DNA of 53,792 nt from a virus (IMGVR_UViG_3300025300_000015:1-53792); one strand, 5' to 3'; counted from the first letter of the stretch, positions 1-8,814 are shown. The notes: generated from the sequence alone by a model not told the origin. Made by a program: numbers and translations.

Positions 1-150
1 GGTACGGGGGGTGTGGGGTGGCCTCAATCCCAAAATCCCCGCGACGAGACAACGCCGTCGATCCGCACGTCCACCGCGACGATCCGTGGAACCATTCGCC
101 TGATGTGTGCCGACCGTCAAGCATCGTGGTGAGATGTTGGAGGAGGGCGG

Positions 151-855
151 CTACTTCCCGCCCGGCTCAGGCAGCAGCTTGGCTGCACGTTCGCTCATAA
201 GGCGTGCCATATCCTGTAGCTTGCCGTCCTGCTGGATGCGTTGTGAACCATCGAGCGTGACCTTCATAAATCGCGACTCAAGGTCTACCTCGATCCTCTT
301 GTTGTCGCCGTACTGCTGGTTGAACTTCCCGGCACGCCATCGGTGCGACTCCAGAACGACTCGTGCTGCGCGATTGTGGACTTCACCGGACAGGACCGCT
401 TGCTCCAGTGTGATCATATCATCGACGACCGAATCCCCCGCCATGCTTTGGGCTTCCCGGTATGCCACGTCGAATGCGGGGCAATCCCTTCTCCACAACC
501 ACACAGTCGCTCTGCACGGCAGCCCCTCTTGCCTCGCCAGATTGGTCAGCGAATTGCCTTCAGCCACTCCCATCAGCACTCGTTCAGCGACTTCCGCTGT
601 GAATCCCTTCGCGGCCCAACCACCCCATCCTCTCAGCTTCTCCGCTTCGATCTCCCGTGTCTTCCGGTCATCGAGGATCATGTCGTTGACGGCAGCCGCC
701 TTGGTGTAGCAATCCCGGCCCTTGCTATCGATCACGTCATCCTCAGTCACCGTCACGACAGGCACGTCAGGCTCAGTCTCAGCAGTCTCAGCGGCCTCGT
801 CCTGCACCACTGTCTCAGCGATCACCTCGGCCAGCTTGTCCGTGAGATCGTCCAT
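151..855 (-). CDS. terS: Terminase small subunit
   Basis: GNSLTNLARQEGLPCRATVWLWRRDCPAFDVAYREAQ...DDMI...RWRAGKFNQQYGD resembles Sf6-type TerS HTH proteins. It lies upstream of terL across the junction. Confidence 0.8.
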   Translation of the reverse strand: MDDLTDKLAEVIAETVVQDEAAETAETEPDVPVVTVTEDDVIDSKGRDCYTKAAAVNDMILDDRKTREIEAEKLRGWGGWAAKGFTAEVAERVLMGVAEGNSLTNLARQEGLPCRATVWLWRRDCPAFDVAYREAQSMAGDSVVDDMITLEQAVLSGEVHNRAARVVLESHRWRAGKFNQQYGDNKRIEVDLESRFMKVTLDGSQRIQQDGKLQDMARLMSERAAKLLPEPGGK

Positions 856-1078
856 GATTTCGCCTCAATTCAGCGTCATTAAAACTTTACACAAGAATAT
901 TTCAACTGTCCATCAGATAATTCCAGATAATTCCCAGATTCCCTAAAAAAACTTTTCCACCGCAACCTCCGTCCATATCACCAGTTGTGTGCATCCCTCA
1001 AGTTTATCTCCAGAACAACCGAACAACACGGTACACGATAGCGTATACTCTGATGGGGAGAGGAAGCATGACAAGTGA

Positions 1079-1253
1079 AGACGAGCGACCGGACAGGGCA
1101 ACTTTTGAAGGCCCCGTTTGAGCCACTGCGAGGCACTCCTCTGGAATGTGCCACGGGTAAACTGCCGACTCAACGTTCTGTCCCCGGAATCAACCGCTCG
1201 TCTGATATATCGGAAACAATCACGTCATCTGACGGGGAAACTTGTCAGGTGGC
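1079..1253 (+). ncRNA. Candidate structured leader/ncRNA at the start of the early arm
   Basis: Nested complementarity: AGACGAGCG/CGCTCGTCT, CCGG/CCGG, ACAGGGC/GTTCTGT, GTTTGAG/CTCAAC, GGCAC/GTGCC. A 13-bp GAAA-capped hairpin follows at 1224-1253. TATACT at 1044-1049 lies upstream. Confidence 0.4.
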
Positions 1254-1294
1254 CTTTCAGCACATCCGCACCTTCAACAACAGGAGCATCAACC

Positions 1295-1528
1295 ATGAAC
1301 GATTTCAAAATCGGAGACGATCCAGAACGGCTGGCGCGTCCGCACTGGACAGTCGCACTGAAGGCCGAGAACGCAGCACTGAAGGCCGAGTTGTTGTGGG
1401 TGCGGCGTGTTTCTGCTTATGCCCGACAAGAGTGGAGTTCTTGCCAATGGAAAGCAGCCTTGATCGAGATCGAATTGCGGCTCCTAGAGGCCGAAGATCG
1501 AAGAAGTCACTCTAAAGGCCACGACTGA
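1295..1528 (+). CDS. Small early hypothetical protein (77 aa, coiled-coil-like)
   Basis: AGGAG leader precedes ATG 1295. Contains an ALKAENAALKAE duplication. Confidence 0.7.
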   Translation: MNDFKIGDDPERLARPHWTVALKAENAALKAELLWVRRVSAYARQEWSSCQWKAALIEIELRLLEAEDRRSHSKGHD

Positions 1529-1558
1529 ACCCCGCACCTTCAACTTAGGAGCATGACC

Positions 1559-1690
1559 ATGAACATCCTCGCGCCAGATACGCAGCAGATGATAGATATC
1601 GTCGCTGGACTCGTCACTCGCGGAATCACTTTTGAGGCGGCGGCACTCAACAACGGAACGTGGAACATCGAACTTACTGGCGGGTTCTGA
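1559..1690 (+). CDS. Small early hypothetical protein (43 aa, MNILAPDTQQ...ELTGGF)
   Basis: Below the ORF-track cutoff. Preceded by the CAACTTAGGAGCATGACCATG leader; alternative start at 1553. Confidence 0.65.
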   Translation: MNILAPDTQQMIDIVAGLVTRGITFEAAALNNGTWNIELTGGF

Positions 1691-1719
1691 TCACTCACCT
1701 CAAACGCAGGAGCAGGAAC

Positions 1720-1998
1720 ATGAAAACCATCACCAGCACGGACATTTACGGCGACATCTACAGACTCCGAGCCGACTGGACGCAGGCATCTAGCCAGATC
1801 GAGCGTGACACTGAGGACGGATGGGAGCCGACTGGATGGCAGGTAGCGGATTTCTCCCATGACTCTGCCGAGGCGATGAGACAGGAACTGCGCGATGCCG
1901 TGAGGGCTGGCGGAGACGATCCTGACGAAAGCGAGATCGCGGACGAGATCAGCAAGGCAACGCTGGATTGCACCGCCGCCCCCGAGGACTACGACTGA
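1720..1998 (+). CDS. Acidic early protein, paralog of 3530-3859
   Basis: CAGGAGCAGGAACATG leader. YGDIYRLRADW...WEPTGWQVADF is shared with the second copy. Confidence 0.8.
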   Translation: MKTITSTDIYGDIYRLRADWTQASSQIERDTEDGWEPTGWQVADFSHDSAEAMRQELRDAVRAGGDDPDESEIADEISKATLDCTAAPEDYD

Positions 1999-2025
1999 CA
2001 CCCCCTAACAACAGGAGCATCGAAC

Positions 2026-2313
2026 ATGACGCAGCGAATCGGTAAACACAGGACGCGCATCGAGCAGGGATCGGGCGGGACGGAAGTCCGGTATCACGGG
2101 ACCGCCGTGGTATCGTTCAACGATAACGAAATCACCCTCCGCACTGGCGGGTGGAGGACCGCGACCACAAAAAAACGAATGAACCAGACATCGGACCAGT
2201 TCGATCTGGGATTCAACGTCTACCAGAAATCCTACCAGTGGTTCGTCGTCCACCGTGGACAGACTGTGGATTTCGACGGCGATAGCCTCACCTTGCAGCG
2301 TTTCGCCCCCTAA
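2026..2313 (+). CDS. Phage hypothetical protein
   Basis: Strong leader. YHGTAVV...TGGWRTATTKKRMNQ resembles a recurrent small phage protein family. Confidence 0.8.
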   Translation: MTQRIGKHRTRIEQGSGGTEVRYHGTAVVSFNDNEITLRTGGWRTATTKKRMNQTSDQFDLGFNVYQKSYQWFVVHRGQTVDFDGDSLTLQRFAP

Positions 2314-2329
2314 CAACAGGAGCAGGAAC

Positions 2330-2560
2330 ATGATCTCTGCCTACGCATCTCGCGACGACTTTCTTGCCGATCTGAATCGTGAACGACTGTCCTCGTCTGG
2401 GAGGTGGTACGGATTTGTCGGCACGGTGGAAGGCCACGAAATCCAGTTGAAATCATTCGGCACTTGGAACCAACGGTACGACCATGACGGACTGATGTGT
2501 GGCGGCATACACGACCTTAACGTGACCGAATGGAAGCGGGAGATTCTCTCGCCATTCTGA
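2330..2560 (+). CDS. Small early hypothetical protein (76 aa)
   Basis: CAACAGGAGCAGGAACATG leader directly after the previous stop codon. Confidence 0.75.
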   Translation: MISAYASRDDFLADLNRERLSSSGRWYGFVGTVEGHEIQLKSFGTWNQRYDHDGLMCGGIHDLNVTEWKREILSPF

Positions 2561-2590
2561 CCACTCACCCCAAACACAGGAGCAACGAAC

Positions 2591-2791
2591 ATGACTTTCG
2601 ACGCACTCAATGCAGAGGAACAGATCAGCGAGGAGATCTACGAGGCAGACTCACCGTTCACAGCGGACGAACCGCTTGCCCCGGTTGACTGCCCCCTGTG
2701 CAGTGGATCGTCCGCTTTTCTGGGGACACTTGGAAACTCCGACTGGTTCCGGTGCCGCGACTGTGGCGGCGAATATCACCGCGAACGGTGA
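2591..2791 (+). CDS. Small zinc-ribbon protein
   Basis: CPLC...CRDC, acidic N-terminus, strong leader. Confidence 0.75.
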   Translation: MTFDALNAEEQISEEIYEADSPFTADEPLAPVDCPLCSGSSAFLGTLGNSDWFRCRDCGGEYHRER

Positions 2792-2858
2792 GGCCAGACT
2801 GAGACGATCCGCAACACCACGCCTTGCGAGGCGTGGCATTGTTGACCGTCGAGAAACA

Positions 2859-2998
2859 ACAGGGATAGCTCAGAGGCAGAGCGTCCAGCCTAGCAGTGAA
2901 AACCGATGGGAGTGACTCTTCCAGAGGCAACACACTGCACCCGTCTAGTCAACGGGAACGGCTGGGAGGTCGCGGGTTCGACTCCCGCTCCCTGCACC
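2859..2998 (+). ncRNA. tRNA-like RNA with a ~69-nt structured insert replacing the anticodon loop
   Basis: Acceptor stem (A)CAGGGA/TCCCTG(C), U8-A9, D-arm GCTC-AGAGGCA-GAGC, stem TCCAGCC/GGCTGGG, variable loop AGGTC, T-arm GCGGG-TTCGACT-CCCGC, discriminator A followed by CCG. Confidence 0.8.
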
Positions 2999-3040
2999 GC
3001 ACTTGAACTGAACGATCACCCCCAACTTAGGAGCATCAAC

Positions 3041-3214
3041 ATGGTTACCAAAAACGAGGCGAATGAGACCGCGAGAAAATTGACTGAGGACGACGAGGAT
3101 GGGTGGATCTACGAGGCAGTTCACCCCGCACATCCGAAGAGCAGTTTTCTTCAGGTCTACGACGAGAACGGCGTATTTCTCGGGAAACTTTCCACCCTAA
3201 CCCAAGGCGCATGA
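3041..3214 (+). CDS. Small acidic early protein (57 aa)
   Basis: CAACTTAGGAGCATCAACATG leader. Confidence 0.7.
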   Translation: MVTKNEANETARKLTEDDEDGWIYEAVHPAHPKSSFLQVYDENGVFLGKLSTLTQGA

Positions 3215-3447
3215 CCATGAGACTCGATGACCTGCTTGAAATCCTCCACGAGATCCAGCGTATCAATCAGGCAGCAGGAGAGACGGCAGTCAATCCCGCC
3301 GTCACGCAAATCGTCAAGGACGGCATAGCTACAGCACGCAAACGTGAACGCAGCAAGTTGGCTGATCTCATGGCGATTGCTGAAACAAAACGGATTCGCA
3401 ATGAAGACCCGCTCGTCTGGATCGATGACGATGGCACAAACCACTGA
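3211..3447 (+). CDS. Small hypothetical protein (78 aa)
   Basis: ATGA overlap with the previous gene; helical composition. Confidence 0.65.
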   Translation: MTMRLDDLLEILHEIQRINQAAGETAVNPAVTQIVKDGIATARKRERSKLADLMAIAETKRIRNEDPLVWIDDDGTNH

Positions 3448-3529
3448 TCAGCTAACGATCCCGATCACCCCGCCTGTCCGATGGGCGGGGGCATCGCGAC
3501 CGTTTCACCCACAACATAGGAGATCCGCA

Positions 3530-3859
3530 ATGACAAAACACGCAGCATTCCTGTACGGCGAGATCGTCAGCGTCCGTGCCGACTGGTCAGACGCATCGTC
3601 TCCCGTCGAGCGTTCAGACGGCGGCGACTGGCAACCGACAGGTCTGGTCGCCGACTTTGCCAGTCCCCGCGAGGCATTGCGTCAGGCCCTTGAGCAGTTC
3701 GCCATCGACGGCGGCATGGACTCGCGAGACAACTCCCGCGATGACATTGACGAGGCAGTGGAGGATGCGTTCAAAAACGAGGCGGGACCGTCCGACCTCG
3801 CGATCATTCAGTACATGGATCGCGATCCGATGAGACGGTGCCACGCATGCGGAGAGTGA
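3530..3859 (+). CDS. Acidic early protein, paralog of 1720-1998
   Basis: TAGGAG leader. YGEIVSVRADW...WQPTGLVADF, with a C-terminal CHAC. Confidence 0.8.
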   Translation: MTKHAAFLYGEIVSVRADWSDASSPVERSDGGDWQPTGLVADFASPREALRQALEQFAIDGGMDSRDNSRDDIDEAVEDAFKNEAGPSDLAIIQYMDRDPMRRCHACGE

Positions 3860-3913
3860 CTGATCAACGGCACGATGACTTGCGGTGGTGCGGCCCAGAA
3901 AGCGAGGCACAAC

Positions 3914-4096
3914 ATGGTACGGATTACACTCGCACTGGCATTGGTGATTTCGCTGTCGGGCTGCGCCAACAGCATGCTTGGGGCAGTCGAGGCGGCACGT
4001 TCTCTAGGCGGCGGCATTCTTGATGACGCACAGGGAATGCTGGAAGGCGGCGCGGATCGTTACCAGCAACTGCATCAGCAGCAGCAGAACGACTAA
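3914..4096 (+). CDS. Small lipoprotein (entericidin-like architecture)
   Basis: MVR plus a hydrophobic stretch plus an LSGC lipobox, followed by a short amphipathic helix. Confidence 0.65.
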   Translation: MVRITLALALVISLSGCANSMLGAVEAARSLGGGILDDAQGMLEGGADRYQQLHQQQQND

Positions 4097-4153
4097 CTGA
4101 CTGCAACAACGGGCCGCGCCACCGCGAGTCATCACATCAACAGGAGCAACAGC

Positions 4154-4432
4154 ATGAACAACATGAGGAGCAGTCGGCGTTGGGTGAGACCGCCAGCCGA
4201 GGTTCTGACGGCAGAACGAGGCGACAGTCTGAGCCGGGCAACGACCGAGTCCGGGTACATCGCGACGACAACGAGCGGCGAGTGGTTTCAGGTCTCAGCC
4301 ACCGGGCATCTGGAGGCGTGGCTTCTGGCCGAGCAGCGGGTCCAGTATTTCTGGCGGACGCACAGCGAGTTGGCGAACATCGAGCGTCACGATCCGGGCG
4401 ATGAGTTGCCCCCATTTTTAGATCACATTTAG
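4154..4432 (+). CDS. Hypothetical protein
   Basis: CAACAGGAGCAACAGCATG leader. Confidence 0.7.
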   Translation: MNNMRSSRRWVRPPAEVLTAERGDSLSRATTESGYIATTTSGEWFQVSATGHLEAWLLAEQRVQYFWRTHSELANIERHDPGDELPPFLDHI

Positions 4433-4543
4433 CAGCGATTCCGGTTGTCCGCCGGGGAACTGGCGGTCAACCTTTTCACGAGAGACCTCTCGCAAAATGA
4501 ACCAGTGCGCCGCCTTGTGCGTAGTACACTACACAGGACACTA

Positions 4544-4801
4544 ATGGATGACTTCAAATACAACCTGAGATTCGGCGGCAGGAAGTCGCCGCGAACCCTC
4601 ACCCGTGCCTATCAGATTCTTCTGGAGCATCACCCCGAGGTGCAGAGGGATGCGGAGATCGCCCGAAGATTCATGCCCGATGGCATGACCACTGAGGATC
4701 AGCTTGCCTTCTGGCAGGCGTGGCTCAAGGCAACTCAACGTGACCTACGAAAGGAGCAGCAGTATGAACCCAAACAGCAGGTTCGCGAGGATGAGTCCTG
4801 A
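4544..4801 (+). CDS. Hypothetical protein (85 aa)
   Basis: CAGGA upstream of ATG 4544; in line with the operon. Confidence 0.6.
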   Translation: MDDFKYNLRFGGRKSPRTLTRAYQILLEHHPEVQRDAEIARRFMPDGMTTEDQLAFWQAWLKATQRDLRKEQQYEPKQQVREDES

Positions 4802-5027
4802 CGCGATCAGGGATCTTGGAAAGCTGGCGTACCGATGCCGAGCCTACAAGGGCGCGAGGGCTTACGAGAGACTGGCACGACTCTGGAGTCGTCGCCGGGG
4901 AGAGGACGCAGCAGAGGGGACTGAGCGGCCCGGAATGCCCTGCTACATCTGCGGCAGGCACTTCGCACCCGAGAACGACAACCAGCGGCAGGCCCAGTTG
5001 TGCCAGCCGTGCATCTGGGGACGGTAA
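4791..5027 (+). CDS. Zinc-finger protein
   Basis: CYICG...LCQPC; GAGG upstream of ATG 4791. Confidence 0.6.
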   Translation: MSPDAIRDLGKLAYRCRAYKGARAYERLARLWSRRRGEDAAEGTERPGMPCYICGRHFAPENDNQRQAQLCQPCIWGR

Positions 5028-5052
5028 ACATCCCTACAACAGGAGCAACAGC

Positions 5053-5535
5053 ATGAGCGATGTAAAACGGAAACGCAGACGGCGAGGTACGAAAGTTGAG
5101 CGAGACGGGCTGGCCTTGCTCAAGGCGTTGAGTGCCGATCCAGATCGATCAATGCCGACTGACTGGTTGACTTCCCACCTGTCAGGGGTCGTCGGCGGGG
5201 CAATCAGCGACCAGAGTCTCCAGCGTGTACGCAGGGCGATGGCGTGGCTTGCCGATCACCCAGAGCATTCACTGCGAGTCGAGCGTAAAAACAGAAGCCG
5301 CTGGCAGTACATCAGTCCTGAACGCGCCATCCGCCGTCAGGTACAGGACTTCACCAAACAGGAGAACAAGGCGGCAGCGGAGGGACTTGTCGAGGAGATT
5401 GGCAGGATCATCAACGACCCTGTCGCATTCCAGAATGTCTGGATGACGCCCAACGGTGGCGTTGAGTACGATGTGAGGGTAGGCAGTAAGGCCGCCGCCC
5501 TTCTGATCGAGTACCTGAAAAAGAAGTCTAGTTGA
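5053..5535 (+). CDS. Basic hypothetical protein, possibly DNA-binding
   Basis: Strong leader; N-terminal KRKRRRR. Confidence 0.7.
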   Translation: MSDVKRKRRRRGTKVERDGLALLKALSADPDRSMPTDWLTSHLSGVVGGAISDQSLQRVRRAMAWLADHPEHSLRVERKNRSRWQYISPERAIRRQVQDFTKQENKAAAEGLVEEIGRIINDPVAFQNVWMTPNGGVEYDVRVGSKAAALLIEYLKKKSS

Positions 5536-5560
5536 CAGACCGCACCAGTACGACTATACT
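5532..5560 (+). promoter_or_regulatory. Sigma70-type promoter for the AAA/VWA operon
   Basis: TTGACA-17 nt-TATACT. Confidence 0.8.
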
Positions 5561-5601
5561 GTGCCGTGTACCGCACAGCACCAACAACAGGAGCAACGAA
5601 C

Positions 5602-6630
5602 ATGAGACCTTCAGAACTTATCACCGCACTGAACTACTGGATTCCGACTGGCAGGAATATCTGGGTATCTGGCCCTCCCGGCGTGGGCAAGACGAGCGTG
5701 ATCGAGGCAGTGATCGACGGGCTGGATCTGGACATGGCGATGCTTCCGCCTGCCGTGACTCTCGATCCCGTTGACGTTCGCGGCATCCCGCACGTCACTC
5801 AGACCAACGGATCAGCGATCACGGCGTGGGCCGTCCCCGAGTTCTGGCCTACCGATCCCAACTGGAAGGGCGTGATCGTCCTTGACGAGTTTGGCAAGGC
5901 TGCCCCGGCAGTGCAGGCTGCGTTCCTTCAGATTTGCTACGCACCTCCCGGACGACCCCGGCAGTTGGGCAGCTACACCGTCCCCGAGGGGGCCTCCTTC
6001 GTCATCATGTCGAACAGGCAGGAGGACCGGGCAGGTGAGCATCGTGTCATCACTCCGATGCTCTCGCGTTTCGTTCATCTCGATTTTGAGGTGAGCCTTG
6101 AGGACTGGCAGAAGTGGGCCATCGGCAACGGCATCGATTCTCGCATCCGGTCCTTCTTGAATTTCAAACCCGCGATGCTCTTCACCTTCGACCCGAAGGC
6201 AAACCAACGGTCCTTCGCATCCCCACGCACATGGGAACTCGCGAACGATGCAGTGGACGCGCCCGAATCTGTCCGTCAGGCAAGCCTCGCTGGTTGCATC
6301 GGTGACGGGCCAGCCGCTGAGTTCGCCGGGTTCATGGAGATCGCTGATCGCCTGCCCGAGGCCCGAGAGATACTGGCCGATCCCGAGAATGCCACCGTGC
6401 CGAGTGAGCCGAGCATCAGCTACGCACTCGTCGGTGCGTTGGCCGAGGAGGCTCGTAAGGCCGAGGGCAGAGACAAGGTGCTGAAGGGCATCGGCATCTT
6501 CGCTGGTCGCATGAAGCCAGAGTTTGGCGTGCTTCTCATCCGCGACACAGCAGAGATCGATCCCCGGATCATCACTATTCCCGAGACGAGGGAATTCTTG
6601 AAAACCAACCGCCACCTGTTGGCGGACTGA
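5602..6630 (+). CDS. MoxR-like AAA+ ATPase
   Basis: Walker A GPPGVGKT, Walker B VIVLDE, sensor MSNR, SRF arginine finger, SPRTW motif. Confidence 0.9.
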   Translation: MRPSELITALNYWIPTGRNIWVSGPPGVGKTSVIEAVIDGLDLDMAMLPPAVTLDPVDVRGIPHVTQTNGSAITAWAVPEFWPTDPNWKGVIVLDEFGKAAPAVQAAFLQICYAPPGRPRQLGSYTVPEGASFVIMSNRQEDRAGEHRVITPMLSRFVHLDFEVSLEDWQKWAIGNGIDSRIRSFLNFKPAMLFTFDPKANQRSFASPRTWELANDAVDAPESVRQASLAGCIGDGPAAEFAGFMEIADRLPEAREILADPENATVPSEPSISYALVGALAEEARKAEGRDKVLKGIGIFAGRMKPEFGVLLIRDTAEIDPRIITIPETREFLKTNRHLLAD

Positions 6631-6677
6631 CCGCACCGCACCCCGCACCCATTCACCCTTAACTTAGGAGCAACGGC

Positions 6678-7517
6678 ATGAACATTCAGAACATCAGCGT
6701 GGCAGGAGCAGTCACCTATTGGAAGCTAGGCTGGGCCAACAGGCGGCAACTCATCCTTGAGAGCGAGGACCGTGGCATCAGTGGAAGCTGGGTTCCAGCG
6801 GCGAGAGCCGACATCGCAGTTCTCAAGTCGATCCTTGATCTGCACTTCGGCCAGAAGGAAGACCTCATCCGCCCCCTCAAAGGGCGGGTGGGGTACGAGG
6901 TCGTGCGTGAGACCCGAGGCGATGATCGCAACGGGTACGGACATGTCGTGACAATCACCGTGGAAAACGGCATCGTCGAACGTGATGACGGGCAACCAGA
7001 TGCCGTGTTGCAGAACCAGTTCGATGAGTACAAGGACTTGTTGAGCAACGAGGCACTGAGCGGCGGACTGGTCCGGTACGTTGCAGCGTTGGGCGGAGTT
7101 CCCCTTCGCCCGTCCGGAGCGGTGTACTGGATTCCAGAGGATCGGCTGGCCCAGTGGTCACAGGTTTCCAGTGCCGTGGAAGCGGCCACGGTTGTCGGTG
7201 AGCCATCGGTCTACATCCTGCGGACGCAGTTCGATGAGGCCCTTGTCCGAGCCGTGCGTGACGGCGTGACCTCCGAGGTCGAGTCGAAGATCGGTGATCT
7301 GGAAGACGACATGAACCGCACCGACTTAGGCGAACGTGCCTTCAAGGGCCGCATTGAAATGGCTCGGGAAGCACGGCAGAAACTGAAGCGTTACGAGCGT
7401 GACCTTGAGGTCTCACTGTCAACCCTGTCCGACCGTCTGGTCGAACTGGAAACACAAGCCGCACAAGCCGCGATCCTCGCCAGTGCTAGGGCAGCGGCAG
7501 AAAGGAAGGCATCGTGA
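6678..7517 (+). CDS. Conserved phage protein between the AAA and VWA genes (C-terminal coiled coil)
   Basis: LRPSGAVYWIP motif; typical position within phage AAA-VWA triads. Confidence 0.75.
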   Translation: MNIQNISVAGAVTYWKLGWANRRQLILESEDRGISGSWVPAARADIAVLKSILDLHFGQKEDLIRPLKGRVGYEVVRETRGDDRNGYGHVVTITVENGIVERDDGQPDAVLQNQFDEYKDLLSNEALSGGLVRYVAALGGVPLRPSGAVYWIPEDRLAQWSQVSSAVEAATVVGEPSVYILRTQFDEALVRAVRDGVTSEVESKIGDLEDDMNRTDLGERAFKGRIEMAREARQKLKRYERDLEVSLSTLSDRLVELETQAAQAAILASARAAAERKAS

Positions 7518-8782
7518 CCATCGCGACTGACAAGATGACAATTCTTGAGCAAGAGGTAGTACGGCTGGGCATGGAGGAAAAAGGCGAGGCGGCGATAGCC
7601 GGGGCGAAGTCCCGTCTCGTCCTCGTCAGCGATGCCCGGACAGTCTTCTTCAGTAATCTCGCACTCCACATGGATGAAAAGCCAAGCTGGCAAATACCAA
7701 CGGCAGCCACGGACGGCAAGAACATTCTTTATAACCCCGAGTGGATCAGTAGCCTGCCGCCAGCCGAGGTGCAGGGGGTGCTGGCCCACGAGGTGATGCA
7801 CTGTGTCCTTGAACACTTCGCACGTCTGGGCAATCGCGACATGCGTAAGGCAAACATCGCGATGGACCTAGCGATCAACCCCATGCTGATCGAAGCTGGC
7901 TTCAGCCTGCCGAGCAGCGTGTGCCTGCCAGACAGGGAGCCGTTCGACAAGTTGAATCTTCCCGCCGAGGCCAGCTTTGAGGAATACTACAGCCTCCTGC
8001 CTGACGAGGATGGCAACGATGGCGGCGAAGACGGCGGCGAAGATGGCGACGAGGGACGCCTTGTCGAGGGCGATGACCCCGGCGGATGCGGTGGAGTTCG
8101 ACCCGCCGCCGACGAGTCCGGGCGACAGGCTGATCAAGCTACGCAGCGGAAGTTGGCCGAGGACTGGAAGCGTCGAGCGACCCAAGCCCATCAGGTGGCA
8201 AAGATGCGTGGCGATCTGCCTGCCGGGATCGACCGTCTCATCGAGGGGATCGAGCGACCACAGGTTCCGTGGACCGAGGTGCTGACGCAGTTCGTAAACA
8301 CGACAGCGAAGAACGACTACGACTGGCGTAAGCCCAATCGTCGGTTCGCCTCGCAGGGTATGTACTTCCCGAGCCTACAGTCCCAAGAGTTGGGCGACTT
8401 GGTCCTCGCCGTGGACACGTCAGGTTCCATCGGCACGGCGGAACTCCGCCAGTTTGCGGGAGAACTCCAAGGAATCCTCGATGCCTTCGACGTTCGCCTG
8501 ACGATTCTGTATCACGACACCGAGGTCTCTCACGTTCAGCAGTGGGAGACAAGCGATGGCCCTCTGAAGCTGGAGGCACGGGGCGGTGGAGGCACCAGCC
8601 ACCACTGCGTGTTCGACTGGATCGAGAGGAACGCAACCGAGGTGACGGCGATGATCTCCCTGACTGACCTGTACACCTCTCTGCCTGACGAGGCTCCGAC
8701 ATACCCCGTGGTGTGGGTATGCACCAGCAACGAGGTAGCCCCGTGGGGACAGACGTTGCCGATAACGGTGAAGGGTGACTGA
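7514..8782 (+). CDS. Metallopeptidase-like plus VWA domain protein (DUF2201-like)
   Basis: PTAATDG, HEVMH zincin motif, NIAMDLAIN, MIDAS VDTSGS, GGGGT, LTDLY. Confidence 0.88.
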   Translation: MTIATDKMTILEQEVVRLGMEEKGEAAIAGAKSRLVLVSDARTVFFSNLALHMDEKPSWQIPTAATDGKNILYNPEWISSLPPAEVQGVLAHEVMHCVLEHFARLGNRDMRKANIAMDLAINPMLIEAGFSLPSSVCLPDREPFDKLNLPAEASFEEYYSLLPDEDGNDGGEDGGEDGDEGRLVEGDDPGGCGGVRPAADESGRQADQATQRKLAEDWKRRATQAHQVAKMRGDLPAGIDRLIEGIERPQVPWTEVLTQFVNTTAKNDYDWRKPNRRFASQGMYFPSLQSQELGDLVLAVDTSGSIGTAELRQFAGELQGILDAFDVRLTILYHDTEVSHVQQWETSDGPLKLEARGGGGTSHHCVFDWIERNATEVTAMISLTDLYTSLPDEAPTYPVVWVCTSNEVAPWGQTLPITVKGD

Positions 8783-8788
8783 TGCACT

Positions 8789-8814
8789 CCCGCCAGCGGG
8801 AAACCGCTGGCGGG
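8789..8814 (+). terminator. GC-rich GAAA-capped hairpin after the VWA gene
   Basis: CCCGCCAGCGG-GAAA-CCGCTGGCGGG; the U-tract is weak. Confidence 0.5.

Noticed and set aside
1075-1515. Long ORFs starting at 1075 or 1118
   Set aside because: The strong leader places the start at 1295, and the upstream part looks like structured non-coding sequence.
2891-2959. Hammerhead or twister ribozyme in the insert
   Set aside because: No CUGANGA core is present, and I could not build the twister pseudoknots by eye.
2859-2998. Canonical tRNA, tmRNA or group I intron-containing tRNA
   Set aside because: There is no 7-nt anticodon loop, and anticodon assignment depends on register (TAG or AGC). A D stem is present and the length is too short for tmRNA. 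The insert is too short for a group I intron.
5812-6648. 278-aa minus-strand ORF
   Set aside because: Antisense to the well-supported AAA ATPase.
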